NCBI GenBank assembly: GCA_002454955.1
Contig: DKJY01000130.1
Span: 13,769 to 77,768, forward strand
Length of the DNA stretch: 64,000 nt
Reading direction: 5' to 3'
Origin: Bacteroidales bacterium UBA6680
GTDB taxonomy: Bacteria; Bacteroidota; Bacteroidia; Bacteroidales; UBA6680
The notes under the pieces are model-generated. The model worked only from the letters and a program-made list of their open reading frames with translations. It searched no databases and was not told the DNA's origin. The translations under genes and the position numbers were made by a program. Position 1 is the stretch's first letter; each line of letters begins with the position of its first letter. Positions 50,819 through 60,210 of this stretch are shown piece after piece.

Positions 50819-51055
50819 CTAAAGAAGCAGCTAATACAGTAGACGGACATGAGCTGTAAAACCCACGTTGCACCTCTCACATGCTGATCATGCTGAAGTA
50901 GAACCATACGTGACCCAGCTTAATTCATATGGCTCTTATCATGCAGTCAATTGCTTAATTTAGGTTAACTGATAACCTAATGTACAATGGTAAAACAGAT
51001 TCGGGTAACTATTACAGAGGCATCACAGTTGATTACAGCTTTTCAGCTAAGATGA
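50819..51055 (+). repeat. Intergenic module A, copy 2
   Basis: A 58-nt stretch (TATCATGCAGTCAATTGCTTAATTTAGGTTAACTGATAACCTAATGTACAATGGTAAA) matches copy 3 at 57 of 58 positions. It contains the hairpin TTAGGTTA-actga-TAACCTAA (50960-50980). Confidence 0.85.
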
Positions 51056-51165
51056 TACCACGTATGGTCATACGTGGTCACAAATTTGTATATTTCCGCT
51101 TTTGTAAATAACTTTAACAAGTATGCTCTACTAAACATGCTGAGCACACACAATGTATATACAAA
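51056..51165 (+). promoter_or_regulatory. Intergenic module B, copy 3 (perfect palindrome ACCACGTATG-GT-CATACGTGGT plus TTTG-N20-TAACTTTA)
   Basis: The palindrome spans 51057-51078. TTTG lies at 51085-51088 and TAACTTTA at 51109-51116. A downstream small hairpin, TGCTC...GAGCA, is present. Confidence 0.6.
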
Positions 51166-51251
51166 ATAGGCGTGATAGTAGTAAACTCAACAACTTTGCA
51201 TATGCTTTCTGTTTTCTACAACGCAGGTGCCACATATAACAATGATACAGA

Positions 51252-52034
51252 ATGATTGATTATGTTGAACCGACAAAGATTTTAAGCAAATACATAAAAC
51301 ACTATTTAGTTGTTGAGTTAGACAATCCAATGGACTTTTTACCTAATGAAAGAGTTTATCCCTGCGGATATGCAACTATGGTTTTTCATTATGGTTCTCC
51401 GTCGATATTTCAGAAGAAGGATTCAAGCAAATATATTGAACCCAATTTGGTCATTTGTGGACAACAAACCAGTTATTATGACCTGTCATTATCAGGAAAG
51501 ACGGGCATGGTTCTTATTGTATTTAAACCGCATGGAATAAAATCTTTTTTCAATTTCCCAATTACTGAATTATTAAATGAGAATCTTTCGCTTCAGGACT
51601 TAATTAATAATGAGACTATTGAATTAGAAGACAAACTGTTTAACTCTCCGAATAATAGACAAAGAATTATTCATCTAGAAAACTTTCTTATTAAAAGATT
51701 AATTCATAATAATGAATTTGAACGAGTTGAACATGCCATAAAAATAATTGAGAATTCTAAAGGGCAAATTAAAGCTCAAGATATTGCACATGAGGTTTGT
51801 TTGGGGATAAAGCAATTTGAAAGGACTTTTTCAAAATATGTTGGCATAAATCCCAAAAAGTATGCAAGTATTGTCCGGTTTCAAAATGTCATACAAATGA
51901 AAAGAGAGCATAAAGACCTAAACATGTCTCAATTAGCTTTTGATAATGGTTATTACGATCAATCTCATTTTATTCATGATTTTAAAAGTTTAACAGGATT
52001 TACTCCAAAGTCTTTTTTTAACGCCAGAAAATAA
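51252..52034 (+). CDS. AraC-family transcriptional regulator
   Basis: The C-terminal HTH_18 segment is IAHEVCLGIKQFERTFSKYVGINPKKYASIVRF...LAFDNGYYDQSHFIHDFKSLTGFTPKSF. Confidence 0.85.
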   Translation: MIDYVEPTKILSKYIKHYLVVELDNPMDFLPNERVYPCGYATMVFHYGSPSIFQKKDSSKYIEPNLVICGQQTSYYDLSLSGKTGMVLIVFKPHGIKSFFNFPITELLNENLSLQDLINNETIELEDKLFNSPNNRQRIIHLENFLIKRLIHNNEFERVEHAIKIIENSKGQIKAQDIAHEVCLGIKQFERTFSKYVGINPKKYASIVRFQNVIQMKREHKDLNMSQLAFDNGYYDQSHFIHDFKSLTGFTPKSFFNARK

Positions 52035-52087
52035 AGACCATTTTTTACAATTTCTTCATTTATCTATAAACTATTTTTGAAATAAAA

Positions 52088-52822
52088 ATGGAAAGTATGA
52101 ATAAACTAAAATTAAAACATAAGGAAGTAGTAGATTTTTATACAAAAAACGCAGATGAAAATGTAGTTAAAAAACTATCTAGATATTTCAAAGAGGGATT
52201 AGATGCTTATGGTGTTGATAAAGATACGTTTTTAGCTCAAGGGAAAAAATGGCTCTCAGAATGGGAAAATGATATGACCATTGAAGATTATCTGGATTTT
52301 GGAGATATGCTCGTGTCAACCGGTAAATATGAAGAAGCACACTGTGCTACCGAGTTTATAATATCAAAAAAAGATGAATTCACACATGATACGTTTGATA
52401 GAATCGGGAAATGGTTAGAAAATGGAATTCAAAACTGGGCAAATACAGATGTATTATGCATGTCAGTATTATGTGAGTTTGTTTTTAATGATATTATACA
52501 ACCTAAAGACTTTATAAATTGGACTACTTCTGAGTCAAAATGGAAAAGAAGAGCTGTTCCGGTAACATTTGTTGAAACGTATAAAAAAGGATATAAACAA
52601 GAAACAATACTATCTGTAATAGAACATTTAATGGAAGATAAAGAAGAAGATGTTCAAAAAGGATTAGGTACGCTACTAAGAGAAATTTGGAAAAAACAAC
52701 CCGAAATAGCAGAAGAGTTTCTTTTAAAATGGAAAGATAAATGTGGACGGAAAATTATTCATTATGCGACTGAAAAAATGGATAAAGAGAATAAAGCAAA
52801 ATTCAAAAAGACTAAAAAATAG
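52088..52822 (+). CDS. DNA alkylation repair protein (AlkD-like HEAT-repeat family)
   Basis: The size and helical-repeat composition fit, and WKRRAVPVTF and the KGLGTLLREI-like segments are characteristic of PF08713 proteins. Confidence 0.7.
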   Translation: MESMNKLKLKHKEVVDFYTKNADENVVKKLSRYFKEGLDAYGVDKDTFLAQGKKWLSEWENDMTIEDYLDFGDMLVSTGKYEEAHCATEFIISKKDEFTHDTFDRIGKWLENGIQNWANTDVLCMSVLCEFVFNDIIQPKDFINWTTSESKWKRRAVPVTFVETYKKGYKQETILSVIEHLMEDKEEDVQKGLGTLLREIWKKQPEIAEEFLLKWKDKCGRKIIHYATEKMDKENKAKFKKTKK

Positions 52823-52827
52823 AGACA

Positions 52828-53193
52828 ATGGAACAAACAAATATTGATCTGGTCTCCTATTGTGGATTTTACTGTGGCACTTGCCCCAAATATACTAAAG
52901 GACATTGTGAAGGATGTAAAGGTAATAACCCAAAGTGTGCAGTTGGTTACAAATCATGTCAGGTAAAACCATGCTGCATTGAGAATGAATTTAATTCATG
53001 TGCAAACTGTAATAGATTTGAATCAGTCAAGGATTGTAAATTATATAATCCATTTATGATACGATTTGGACAATTTATTACACAAACAAATCGGAAATTA
53101 GGGATTGAGATGATAAAGGCAAAAGGGGAAACAGAGTTTGCAAAATACATGATTGATAAAGGTTGGGTAACGATTAAGAGTAGAAAACAATAA
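52828..53193 (+). CDS. DUF3795-family Cys-rich protein
   Basis: The N-terminal YCGFYCGTCPKY...CEGCKG...C pattern is typical of DUF3795. Confidence 0.75.
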   Translation: MEQTNIDLVSYCGFYCGTCPKYTKGHCEGCKGNNPKCAVGYKSCQVKPCCIENEFNSCANCNRFESVKDCKLYNPFMIRFGQFITQTNRKLGIEMIKAKGETEFAKYMIDKGWVTIKSRKQ

Positions 53194-53400
53194 AGCTCAG
53201 TACACGTAGTAAAAGGGAACCTCACCCCTAAACCTCTCACAGCTCTACTGGGCATTGCCGAAGTAGAGCCGTATGTGCCCCCCTCAATTCATACGGCTAT
53301 TATCATGCAGTCAATTGCTTAATTTAGGTTAACTGATAACCTAATGTATAATGGTAAATCGCATTGGTTATAGCTTTTGTTAATTTGCTCCTATCCTATT
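53194..53400 (+). repeat. Intergenic module A, copy 3 (begins at the stop codon; followed by the 105-bp tandem array instead of module B)
   Basis: It has the same block order as copies 1 and 2. Its hairpins are GCTCTACT-N12-AGTAGAGC, AGCCGTATG-N14-CATACGGCT and TTAGGTTA-actga-TAACCTAA (53326-53346). Confidence 0.85.
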
Positions 53401-54300
53401 TTCTATTCAAACCATGTATCCGGAATACAAAACCACTAACCTGAAACATCAAACCTATAAACCTGAATTGTCAACCATCAATATTTTTGTGCAGACCATA
53501 CATCCAGAAACAAAAACCAAACATCCAGAATGCAAAACTGCTAATCTGAAATCATAAACCTATAAACCTGAGTTGGCAACCATCAATATTTCTGTGCAGA
53601 TCATCCATCCAGAAATAAAAACCAAACGTCCAGAATGCAAAACTGCTAATCTGAAATAACAAACCTATAAACCTGAGTTGGCAACCATCAATATTTCTGT
53701 GCAGATCATCCATCCAGAAATAAAAACCAAACGTCCAGAATGCAAAACTGCTAATCTGAAATCATAAACCTATAAACCAGAACTGTCAACCATCAATATT
53801 TCTGTGCAGATCATCCATCCAAAAATAAAAACCAAACGTCCAGAATGCAAAACTGCTAATCTGAAATAACAAACCTATAAACCTGAGTTGGCAACCATCA
53901 ATATTTCTGTGCAGATCATCCATCCAGAAATAAAAACCAAACATCCAGAATGCAAAACTGCTAATCTGAAATAATAAACCTATAAACCAGAACTGTAAAC
54001 CATCAATATTTCTGTACAGACCATACATCCAGAAATAAAAACCAAACATCCAGAATGCAAAACTGCTAATCTGAAATGACAAACCTATAAAACTGAACCG
54101 TAAACCATCAATATTTTTGTACAGACCATACGTCCAGAAATAAAAACAAAAAACAAAACATCCAGAATGCAAAATAACTAATCTGAAATAGCAAACCTAT
54201 AAGCCAGAACTGTAAACCATCAATATTTTTGTACAGACCTCAAATCCAAAAATAGAAATCATGAATACAGAATATAGAATCATTAACATGAAACATTAAT
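53401..54300. repeat. Tandem repeat array with a 105-bp unit: eight phased units plus degenerate flanking partial units
   Basis: The CCATCAATATT anchor occurs at 53475, 53580, 53685, 53790, 53895, 54000 and 54105 (exact 105-bp spacing) and at 54217 (112 bp). The alternating A/B unit variants give a 210-bp higher-order period. Each unit has an 8-bp inverted repeat, TATTTCTG-N15-CAGAAATA. Confidence 0.95.
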
Positions 54301-54528
54301 TCACAATGTTATTACAAATATTATTTAACAGCCAGAGACTTATTTGATAAATATTTTTGTTATTGCAATACGCATAAAGGTTAAAATATAGACAGAGATA
54401 CCATGAACAGTGATTTCTATGATAGAATAAGTTAGAAACCGGAAAAACTAATTTTATATTGACATAGTTATCAGTTATTTGTAATTTAATTAGCGATAAT
54501 ATTATTATAAATTAAAATCCTTTGGTTT

Positions 54529-55248
54529 ATGAAAACTTCAAAATGGTCGTTAAAAGACCTTGCAAAGTTGAACACTGCGTTTAATAACTGTAAGAATCCG
54601 GAGATTAAGAGCAAATTGGAGATAGTTGGTGTAGGTGATATATTTGTTGATAAGGGTATAAATCTACATTCCGATATTGTCAAACTGGATATGAAACACA
54701 AAAATGAGTTGCAAGAGAAGAGTCAGGCATTTACTCAATACAAAGAGAAGCGTGATGAGTGTAGGAACGATTATGATACCATTCTACACTTTGTACGTAT
54801 AGCAGCCAGATTTGACAACAATCTGGGCTCACGCATAAGAACAACATCTGTACCGGAGAATCCTGTAAATGAGTGGCCATATCAGATTGATCTCTTCTAT
54901 GACTCGTTAGAGAAGGAACCATCTATCATGAACTTTCTAAAAGAGCGTAAATTTCCGGATGATATCATTACAATCAACAGAGCTAAAATTAAAACGTTAA
55001 TTAATCTGCATAACCGCGTTGATACCGAAAAAGGTCAGGCAGAAGATGCACGCAGAGAACGTGACAGCAAGTTTGCCGAGTTAATTGATATGTGGTGGGA
55101 ACTTAAAGCATATGCTCTATTTGCACTAAAAGAAACACCTCAACTTCTCGAAGAGCTCGGAATAAAGGTAAAAGTTAATCCTACATCAGGATTTATTAGT
55201 TCAACATTATGTTCAAAAGCAGTCGGAAGGCTGCTTTTTTTTAAGTAA
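54529..55248 (+). CDS. Hypothetical protein (239 aa, predicted helical)
   Basis: This is an ORF with an ATG start and no recognised family. Confidence 0.5.
   Translation: MKTSKWSLKDLAKLNTAFNNCKNPEIKSKLEIVGVGDIFVDKGINLHSDIVKLDMKHKNELQEKSQAFTQYKEKRDECRNDYDTILHFVRIAARFDNNLGSRIRTTSVPENPVNEWPYQIDLFYDSLEKEPSIMNFLKERKFPDDIITINRAKIKTLINLHNRVDTEKGQAEDARRERDSKFAELIDMWWELKAYALFALKETPQLLEELGIKVKVNPTSGFISSTLCSKAVGRLLFFK
55216..55242 (+). terminator. Rho-independent terminator overlapping the end of the 54529..55248 ORF
   Basis: AAAGCAG tcggaagg CTGCTTT is followed by a T run. Confidence 0.5.
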
Positions 55249-55251
55249 TAA

Positions 55252-55325
55252 TTCGGTTGCTTACTACTCTATTTGATAACGTAATTTGTATATTTCGCTT
55301 GGTAAGCAACACTTAACAAGTGAAT
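55252..55325 (+). promoter_or_regulatory. Intergenic module B', copy 1 (GTTGCTTAC...GTAAGCAAC inverted repeat flanking the AATTTGTATATTTCGC core)
   Basis: It shares GCTTACT..T.T..AT.T..TAACGTAATTTGTATATT-C-GCTT-GTAA with the copy at 58181-58245. The 9-bp inverted repeat lies at 55256-55264 and 55302-55310. Confidence 0.5.
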
Positions 55326-55442
55326 ATTGCTATGCATAAAAGATAAACATAATAAATATAGATATTAAAAGATCATAGCGATTTGGATGGGAAAAAATAT
55401 GATGTCAAACACCCCATGTTTAAGTGATTGGCAACAATTTGA

Positions 55443-56279
55443 ATGAATTTCGAAGAGAAAATAATAAAATACAAAGACCGAATAGTTTTCATCAAGCTAT
55501 CTATGCCTTTTTTCAACAGAACATTAAAACGTTATATTGAAAATGAAGCTTGTTTTATGTTCGTCAATAAAGGAGAAGTGAGTGTAAGAACACCTGATGA
55601 TTATCTTATACTTAATCATGATACTGGAATGATTGCTAAATGTTTAAATTATTTCTTTGAACCCACTAATAATCAAAAAATTTGTACTAAAGGGATAGAG
55701 TCTGTAGGGGTTTTTCTTTATCCTTCATTGGTTAAAGATTTATTTGATTTAGATGTTTCCGCTTCAAGTTATAAAATAAACTATAATGTAAAACAAGTGC
55801 AAGTAGATTTAATGCTAAATAATTTTAGACAAAGCATAGATATACTGCTAGAGAACCCGGAATTAGTTGATGATAACATCATAGAGACCAAGCTGAAAGA
55901 GTTTGTTCAATTACTTGTTAAGTCGCAAAATGCACCATCTCAGTTAGATTTTTTGGCAGCTTTATTTAAACCAAACGAAATAGAATTTAAAACAGTAATT
56001 AAACAAAACTTGTATACCAATCTTTCTGTTAAAGAGCTAGCATTACTTACACATTTAAGCGAATCTTCGTTTAAAAGAAAGTTTAAAGAGGTATTTAATG
56101 ATAGTCCTAAGAAATACCTCACTCAAAAGAAGATTGAGCGTGCTGCTGAGTTACTAAAATTGAGAACAAACCGTGTATCTGAAATCGCATATGATGTAGG
56201 TTTTGATTCTGTATCAACATTCAATCGTAATTTTGCTGTTTATTATGGAAAATCGCCTTCAGATTATCGCACGATCTAA
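55443..56279 (+). CDS. AraC-family transcriptional regulator
   Basis: The C-terminal HTH_18 segment is LALLTHLSESSFKRKFKEVFNDSPKKYLTQKKIERAAELL...IAYDVGFDSVSTFNRNFAVYYGKSPSDY. Confidence 0.85.
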   Translation: MNFEEKIIKYKDRIVFIKLSMPFFNRTLKRYIENEACFMFVNKGEVSVRTPDDYLILNHDTGMIAKCLNYFFEPTNNQKICTKGIESVGVFLYPSLVKDLFDLDVSASSYKINYNVKQVQVDLMLNNFRQSIDILLENPELVDDNIIETKLKEFVQLLVKSQNAPSQLDFLAALFKPNEIEFKTVIKQNLYTNLSVKELALLTHLSESSFKRKFKEVFNDSPKKYLTQKKIERAAELLKLRTNRVSEIAYDVGFDSVSTFNRNFAVYYGKSPSDYRTI

Positions 56280-56740
56280 AATGAACAGTCTTTGACCTAA
56301 ATTGCACTTAAGGCTAATACAACCTACATTACCTTTGTATCAATATAAAATACAAGGTTATGAACTATTCCGAAATTTACATATTTATTTCAGAGTCGAT
56401 CCTGACAACCATAGGAGACTTAATAATTTTTAAGCCAATAAACATTAAGCCTAATGAAGGGATAGAGATAGCAGGAAATGCAAGTGTATTATACTATGTC
56501 TGTTCATTTGGAGTATTACTGTTTGCTATAATATTACTTTCACTTTTGGAAAGCCTTAAGGACTCATCAAGTAAATCTGTTGCGATTTCTTCTTTTCCTA
56601 TCATTAGCATTTGGCAGATTACCAACCGTTTTACTTAGCGTAATTACATCAGGCGGAATGGTAAAACTATAGACTAGAGATCATGTTTAGCCTATTCGGA
56701 TTTATCCTTCTTTAATTAAATAGCAAGAAAATCTTTTAAA

Positions 56741-56840
56741 ATTAGAATAATATGAAACGAAGCATGAGAAAGAGTTTTCGCACACGAGGATGACTAAAAA
56801 TGCGGCGTTCCATATGACCTATTAAAACAAATTTAGACAT
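56741..56840 (+). promoter_or_regulatory. Leader element C2 upstream of the SDR gene, containing the conserved mini-ORF (56752..56793, MKRSMRKSFRTRG)
   Basis: It is the second copy of the element at 46751-46882. The second box, TTCCATATGACCTATTAAA, lies about 20 nt before the ATG at 56841. Confidence 0.4.
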
Positions 56841-57761
56841 ATGAATAAATCAATATTGATAACAGGAGCCAATGCTGGAATTGGTAAAGAGACTGCAAGG
56901 CAATTAGCATTAATAGAAGAAACAGAATTAATCTATTTAGCATGTAGAAATCTTGAAAAAGCAGAAATAGCAAAGAAAGAACTAATTGAAATTACAGGAA
57001 GAGATATATTTAAAATTATTGTTCTGGATATCTCGAAACCTGATAATGTTAAGCAAGCTGTTTTACAATTATATGAACCAATAGATGCCGTAATAATGAA
57101 TGCTGGCGGAACAGGAGGAAAAACACCTGAAAAACTTACCAAAGATGGGGTTACAGAATTAACTGCGAGTAATCTTTTAGGACACGTTGTGCTTCTTGAT
57201 GAGTTAATATTGCAAAACAAATTAAATAATGTGGCTTTATTTGCTAGTTCTGAAGCCTCCAGAGGTATTGAAAGAGTGGGAATAAAAAGACCTGATTTAA
57301 AGGATAATTCAGTAGATGAATTTGTTTCAATTTTTGATGGAAGCAAGTTTAAAGGAAACTTTGATGCATATCAGATTTATGGCTGGATTAAATATGGAGG
57401 AACTCTTTGGATGAGTAATATGGCAAGAAAACATCCGAACATCAAATTTATAAGCATGAGTCCAGGGGGAACAAGGGGTACCAACGGTATGAATGATTTA
57501 CCTTTTTTAAAGAGAATATTTTTAAAACATATTGGAATGAAATTAATTATGCCATTAATGGGAATGTCGCATTCAGTAGAGAAAGGTGCAAAACGTTTTG
57601 TTGAAGGTATTAATAACCCAAAATTCAAAAGTGGTATATTTTATGCAAGTAAAGAAAAGGTATTAACAGGACAAGTTATAGATCAAAATAGTATTTGGAA
57701 GGATTTAGGTAATCATAAATTTCAAAATAATGCAGATATAGCAATTCATAAATTTATTTGA
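56841..57761 (+). CDS. Short-chain dehydrogenase/reductase (SDR) family oxidoreductase
   Basis: It has ITGANAGIGKETA (TGxxxGxG), NAGG, and a YxxxK candidate (YGWIK). Confidence 0.85.
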   Translation: MNKSILITGANAGIGKETARQLALIEETELIYLACRNLEKAEIAKKELIEITGRDIFKIIVLDISKPDNVKQAVLQLYEPIDAVIMNAGGTGGKTPEKLTKDGVTELTASNLLGHVVLLDELILQNKLNNVALFASSEASRGIERVGIKRPDLKDNSVDEFVSIFDGSKFKGNFDAYQIYGWIKYGGTLWMSNMARKHPNIKFISMSPGGTRGTNGMNDLPFLKRIFLKHIGMKLIMPLMGMSHSVEKGAKRFVEGINNPKFKSGIFYASKEKVLTGQVIDQNSIWKDLGNHKFQNNADIAIHKFI

Positions 57762-57930
57762 TTAGAAACATTAACCAATTAAGTAAGTAAAGGGAGGTCT
57801 CACCACCAGATCTCCCTTAGCTCTGCAAAACATACAGAGATAGAACCGTACGTGAACCTCCCTATCCGATGGTATATCTTATTAGATATAACTCAATGCC
57901 AATTTGCTCCTACCTTATGCTTTATTCATA
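57762..57930 (+). repeat. Intergenic module A, copy 4 (partial and diverged)
   Basis: It carries AGTAAGTAAAGGGAGGTCTCACCACCAGATCTCCC (a 9-bp stem with one G-T pair), GAACCGTACGTGAACC, and AATTTGCTCCTACCTTATGCTTTATTCA. The last block matches 53385-53410. Confidence 0.7.
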
Positions 57931-58180
57931 TTAATTTTTGGTAATGATATTTATCAATGGTATTACCTACAGTAAATGACAAACCTTCTACTCTCAATGT
58001 TCTATATCAGTTACGCTAAGTGTAACTAAAGTCAAATGCTATTCAAACTTTAACTATATAATATATAATCAACTATAGCTTGTATCTGGCAATAACAGAA
58101 CCAGCTTATAGTTTATATTAGTTAAGGTTAAACCCCACCCACAAAGGACTTCTCTTTCCGAACAATTCAGATGCTTACTG

Positions 58181-58245
58181 TTGTTATATCTAACGTAATT
58201 TGTATATTCCGCTTTGTAAATAACTTTAATCCTGAGCACTATGAC
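58181..58245 (+). promoter_or_regulatory. Intergenic module B', copy 2 (TTTG-N18-TAACTTTA)
   Basis: TTTG lies at 58209-58212 and TAACTTTA at 58231-58238. It is similar to 55252-55325 upstream of the core and to the B copies downstream of it. Confidence 0.5.
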
Positions 58246-58371
58246 AGATCAGGTAATTTTGGTATGGCTTACAGATATAGTTAATTAAGAGATTAGTACA
58301 CCAATGATCTATAAGTTAATTGTGGATAATGCAAAATAATCTACTATAAAATTCAACATATAATTAAGAAG

Positions 58372-59787
58372 ATGATTTCTGAACAAGATAAACTTATTGA
58401 AATAATAAGGGGTGAGATTGAATATTTAGAAAATGTTGATTCCTTGCCGATTGGAGTAAATAAGAGCAAAGAAGAATTAATTAGGTTGATTGATAAAAAA
58501 TTACCTGAAAACGGTGAGGATTTTACCACTGCGTTAGAGAAATTGTCATCTGGTGCAAGATCCGGATTAATTGGAAACAGAAATCCCAGATATTTTGGAT
58601 ATGTGCTTGCAGGAACAACCCCTACAGCTATGGCTGCAGATTGGTTAACTTCAGTATGGAATCAGAATGCACAAGTCTTTAATTCCTCTCCAGCAGCTTC
58701 GATATTTGAAGAAATTGTTGCCTCATGGTTGCTTGAATTATTATCGTTACCTAACTATTCATCTTTGGGTTTTGTAACAGGCGGGCAAATGGCAAATTTT
58801 ACAGCCATTAATATTGCCCGAAATACCGTATTAGAAAAAAACGGCTGGGACTTTGATAAAAATGGGATGCAAGGAGCCCCATTTATATCTATTTATTGTG
58901 CTGATGTGTGTCATGGAACAATTCTTTCAGCAATCCGAATGAATGGATTTGGAGAAAAAAACATAGTACCAATATCAACCGATCCGGAAGGAAGAATGAT
59001 TATTTCGGACTTAGAAGATAAGTTAAGCAATCATAAAGGACCTAAAATAATTTGTAGCCAAGCAGGAAATGTAAATACTGGAAGTTTTGATTTTTTTGAA
59101 GCTATTTCAGAATTAGCAAATAAGCACAAAGCCTGGCATCATATTGACGGTGCATTTGGACTTTGGGCGAGAACATCGTCTAATTTTTCAGAATTAACGA
59201 AAGGGATTGATAAAGCTGACTCTTGGACAGTTGATGCTCATAAGTGGTTAAGCATACCATTTGATTCAGGGATGGTTATAACCAGACATAAAGACTCTCT
59301 TGCAAACCTGAAGAAATCACGTTGCGCATATTCCGGAATACCAGATGATTCTATGCGTGATGGTTCGCAATGGGTTCCAGAGAATTCAAGGAGAGCTAGA
59401 GGCTTTGTACTTTATGCAACAATTAGAAACTTTGGTAGAAAAGGGATTAGCAAAATTATTGAGAATAACTGTTATTTAGCTCGTCAATTAGCTGAGTTAT
59501 TAAATTCTTTTAGAGATACAAAAATTGTAAATGAAATACACCTTAATCAAGTATTATGTAGAATAGAGCCAAAGAATGTGAAGGAATTAGATGAATTTCA
59601 CAGAAAAACAGCTCAAAGAATTCAGAAAGAGGGTATTTGTTGGCTTGGCACATCTGTTTGGAACGGAGAAACTGTTTTAAGAATGTCATTAACAAATGTC
59701 TATACATCATCAGAAGATATAACAATTACTGTTAATTCAATAAGAAAAGCCATTGATTATGTACTCGAAAATGATAACAATCAGTAG
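58372..59787 (+). CDS. Pyridoxal-phosphate-dependent decarboxylase (group II, fold type I)
   Basis: It has GGQMANF, HIDGAFG and the PLP-lysine context SWTVDAHKWLSIPFDSG. Confidence 0.85.
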   Translation: MISEQDKLIEIIRGEIEYLENVDSLPIGVNKSKEELIRLIDKKLPENGEDFTTALEKLSSGARSGLIGNRNPRYFGYVLAGTTPTAMAADWLTSVWNQNAQVFNSSPAASIFEEIVASWLLELLSLPNYSSLGFVTGGQMANFTAINIARNTVLEKNGWDFDKNGMQGAPFISIYCADVCHGTILSAIRMNGFGEKNIVPISTDPEGRMIISDLEDKLSNHKGPKIICSQAGNVNTGSFDFFEAISELANKHKAWHHIDGAFGLWARTSSNFSELTKGIDKADSWTVDAHKWLSIPFDSGMVITRHKDSLANLKKSRCAYSGIPDDSMRDGSQWVPENSRRARGFVLYATIRNFGRKGISKIIENNCYLARQLAELLNSFRDTKIVNEIHLNQVLCRIEPKNVKELDEFHRKTAQRIQKEGICWLGTSVWNGETVLRMSLTNVYTSSEDITITVNSIRKAIDYVLENDNNQ

Positions 59788-59913
59788 AATGCATATTGCC
59801 TGAATATAATAGACAAAATGGGAATCTTACACATAAATCTCTCATCAGATTAACCAATAAAAATCTGTATATAATTCGCATCACTTACAATTGAGTTAAA
59901 CAAATACTACTGA

Positions 59914-60210
59914 AATTCAAAAGAGATAAGAGAATATCCTACTGCTGGATATTTTGCTGATAAATTGAATGTATCTACTAACTACCTGAGTGATATTGTT
60001 AAAGTCAATATAAGGAAAACAGCAAAGGAGCTTATAAATGAGTGCATCTTAAAGCAAGCCAAAAGATATTTAGACACTCAGCAGCATTCAATTTCATAAA
60101 TTGCATATATGCTTTATGCTTGGCTTTGAATATCCAAATTATTTTGCTTGTTTCTTTAAAAGAGAACTTGGATATTCACTATCTCACTATAAAAAAAGTT
60201 TTCCGGTAAA
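59914..60210 (+). pseudogene. Remnant of an AraC-family regulator (C-terminal HTH only, with an in-frame stop and a frameshift)
   Basis: The frame opening at 59914 reads NSKEIREYPTAGYFADKLNVSTNYLSDIVK...ELINECILKQAKRYLDTQQHSIS, then a stop. The expected continuation (LGFEYPNYFACFFKRELGYSLSHYKK) is in another frame within track ORF 60101..60403. The N-terminal effector domain is absent. Confidence 0.7.

Noticed and set aside
53786-54172. A 128-aa minus-strand ORF (FGFYFWM...NIDG repeats) lying within the 105-bp tandem array
   Set aside because: It is open only because the unit length is a multiple of 3 and some units lack stops, while neighbouring units carry stops. The Phe/Trp/Tyr-rich periodic peptide has no signal, no plausible start context and no recognisable family. 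I treat it as an artefact of the repeat.
56360-56638. A 92-aa ORF between the AraC gene and the SDR leader
   Set aside because: It is hydrophobic and low-complexity, with no recognisable family. It lies in a spacer that also contains repeat-derived sequence. It could be a small membrane protein, but the sequence alone does not support calling it.
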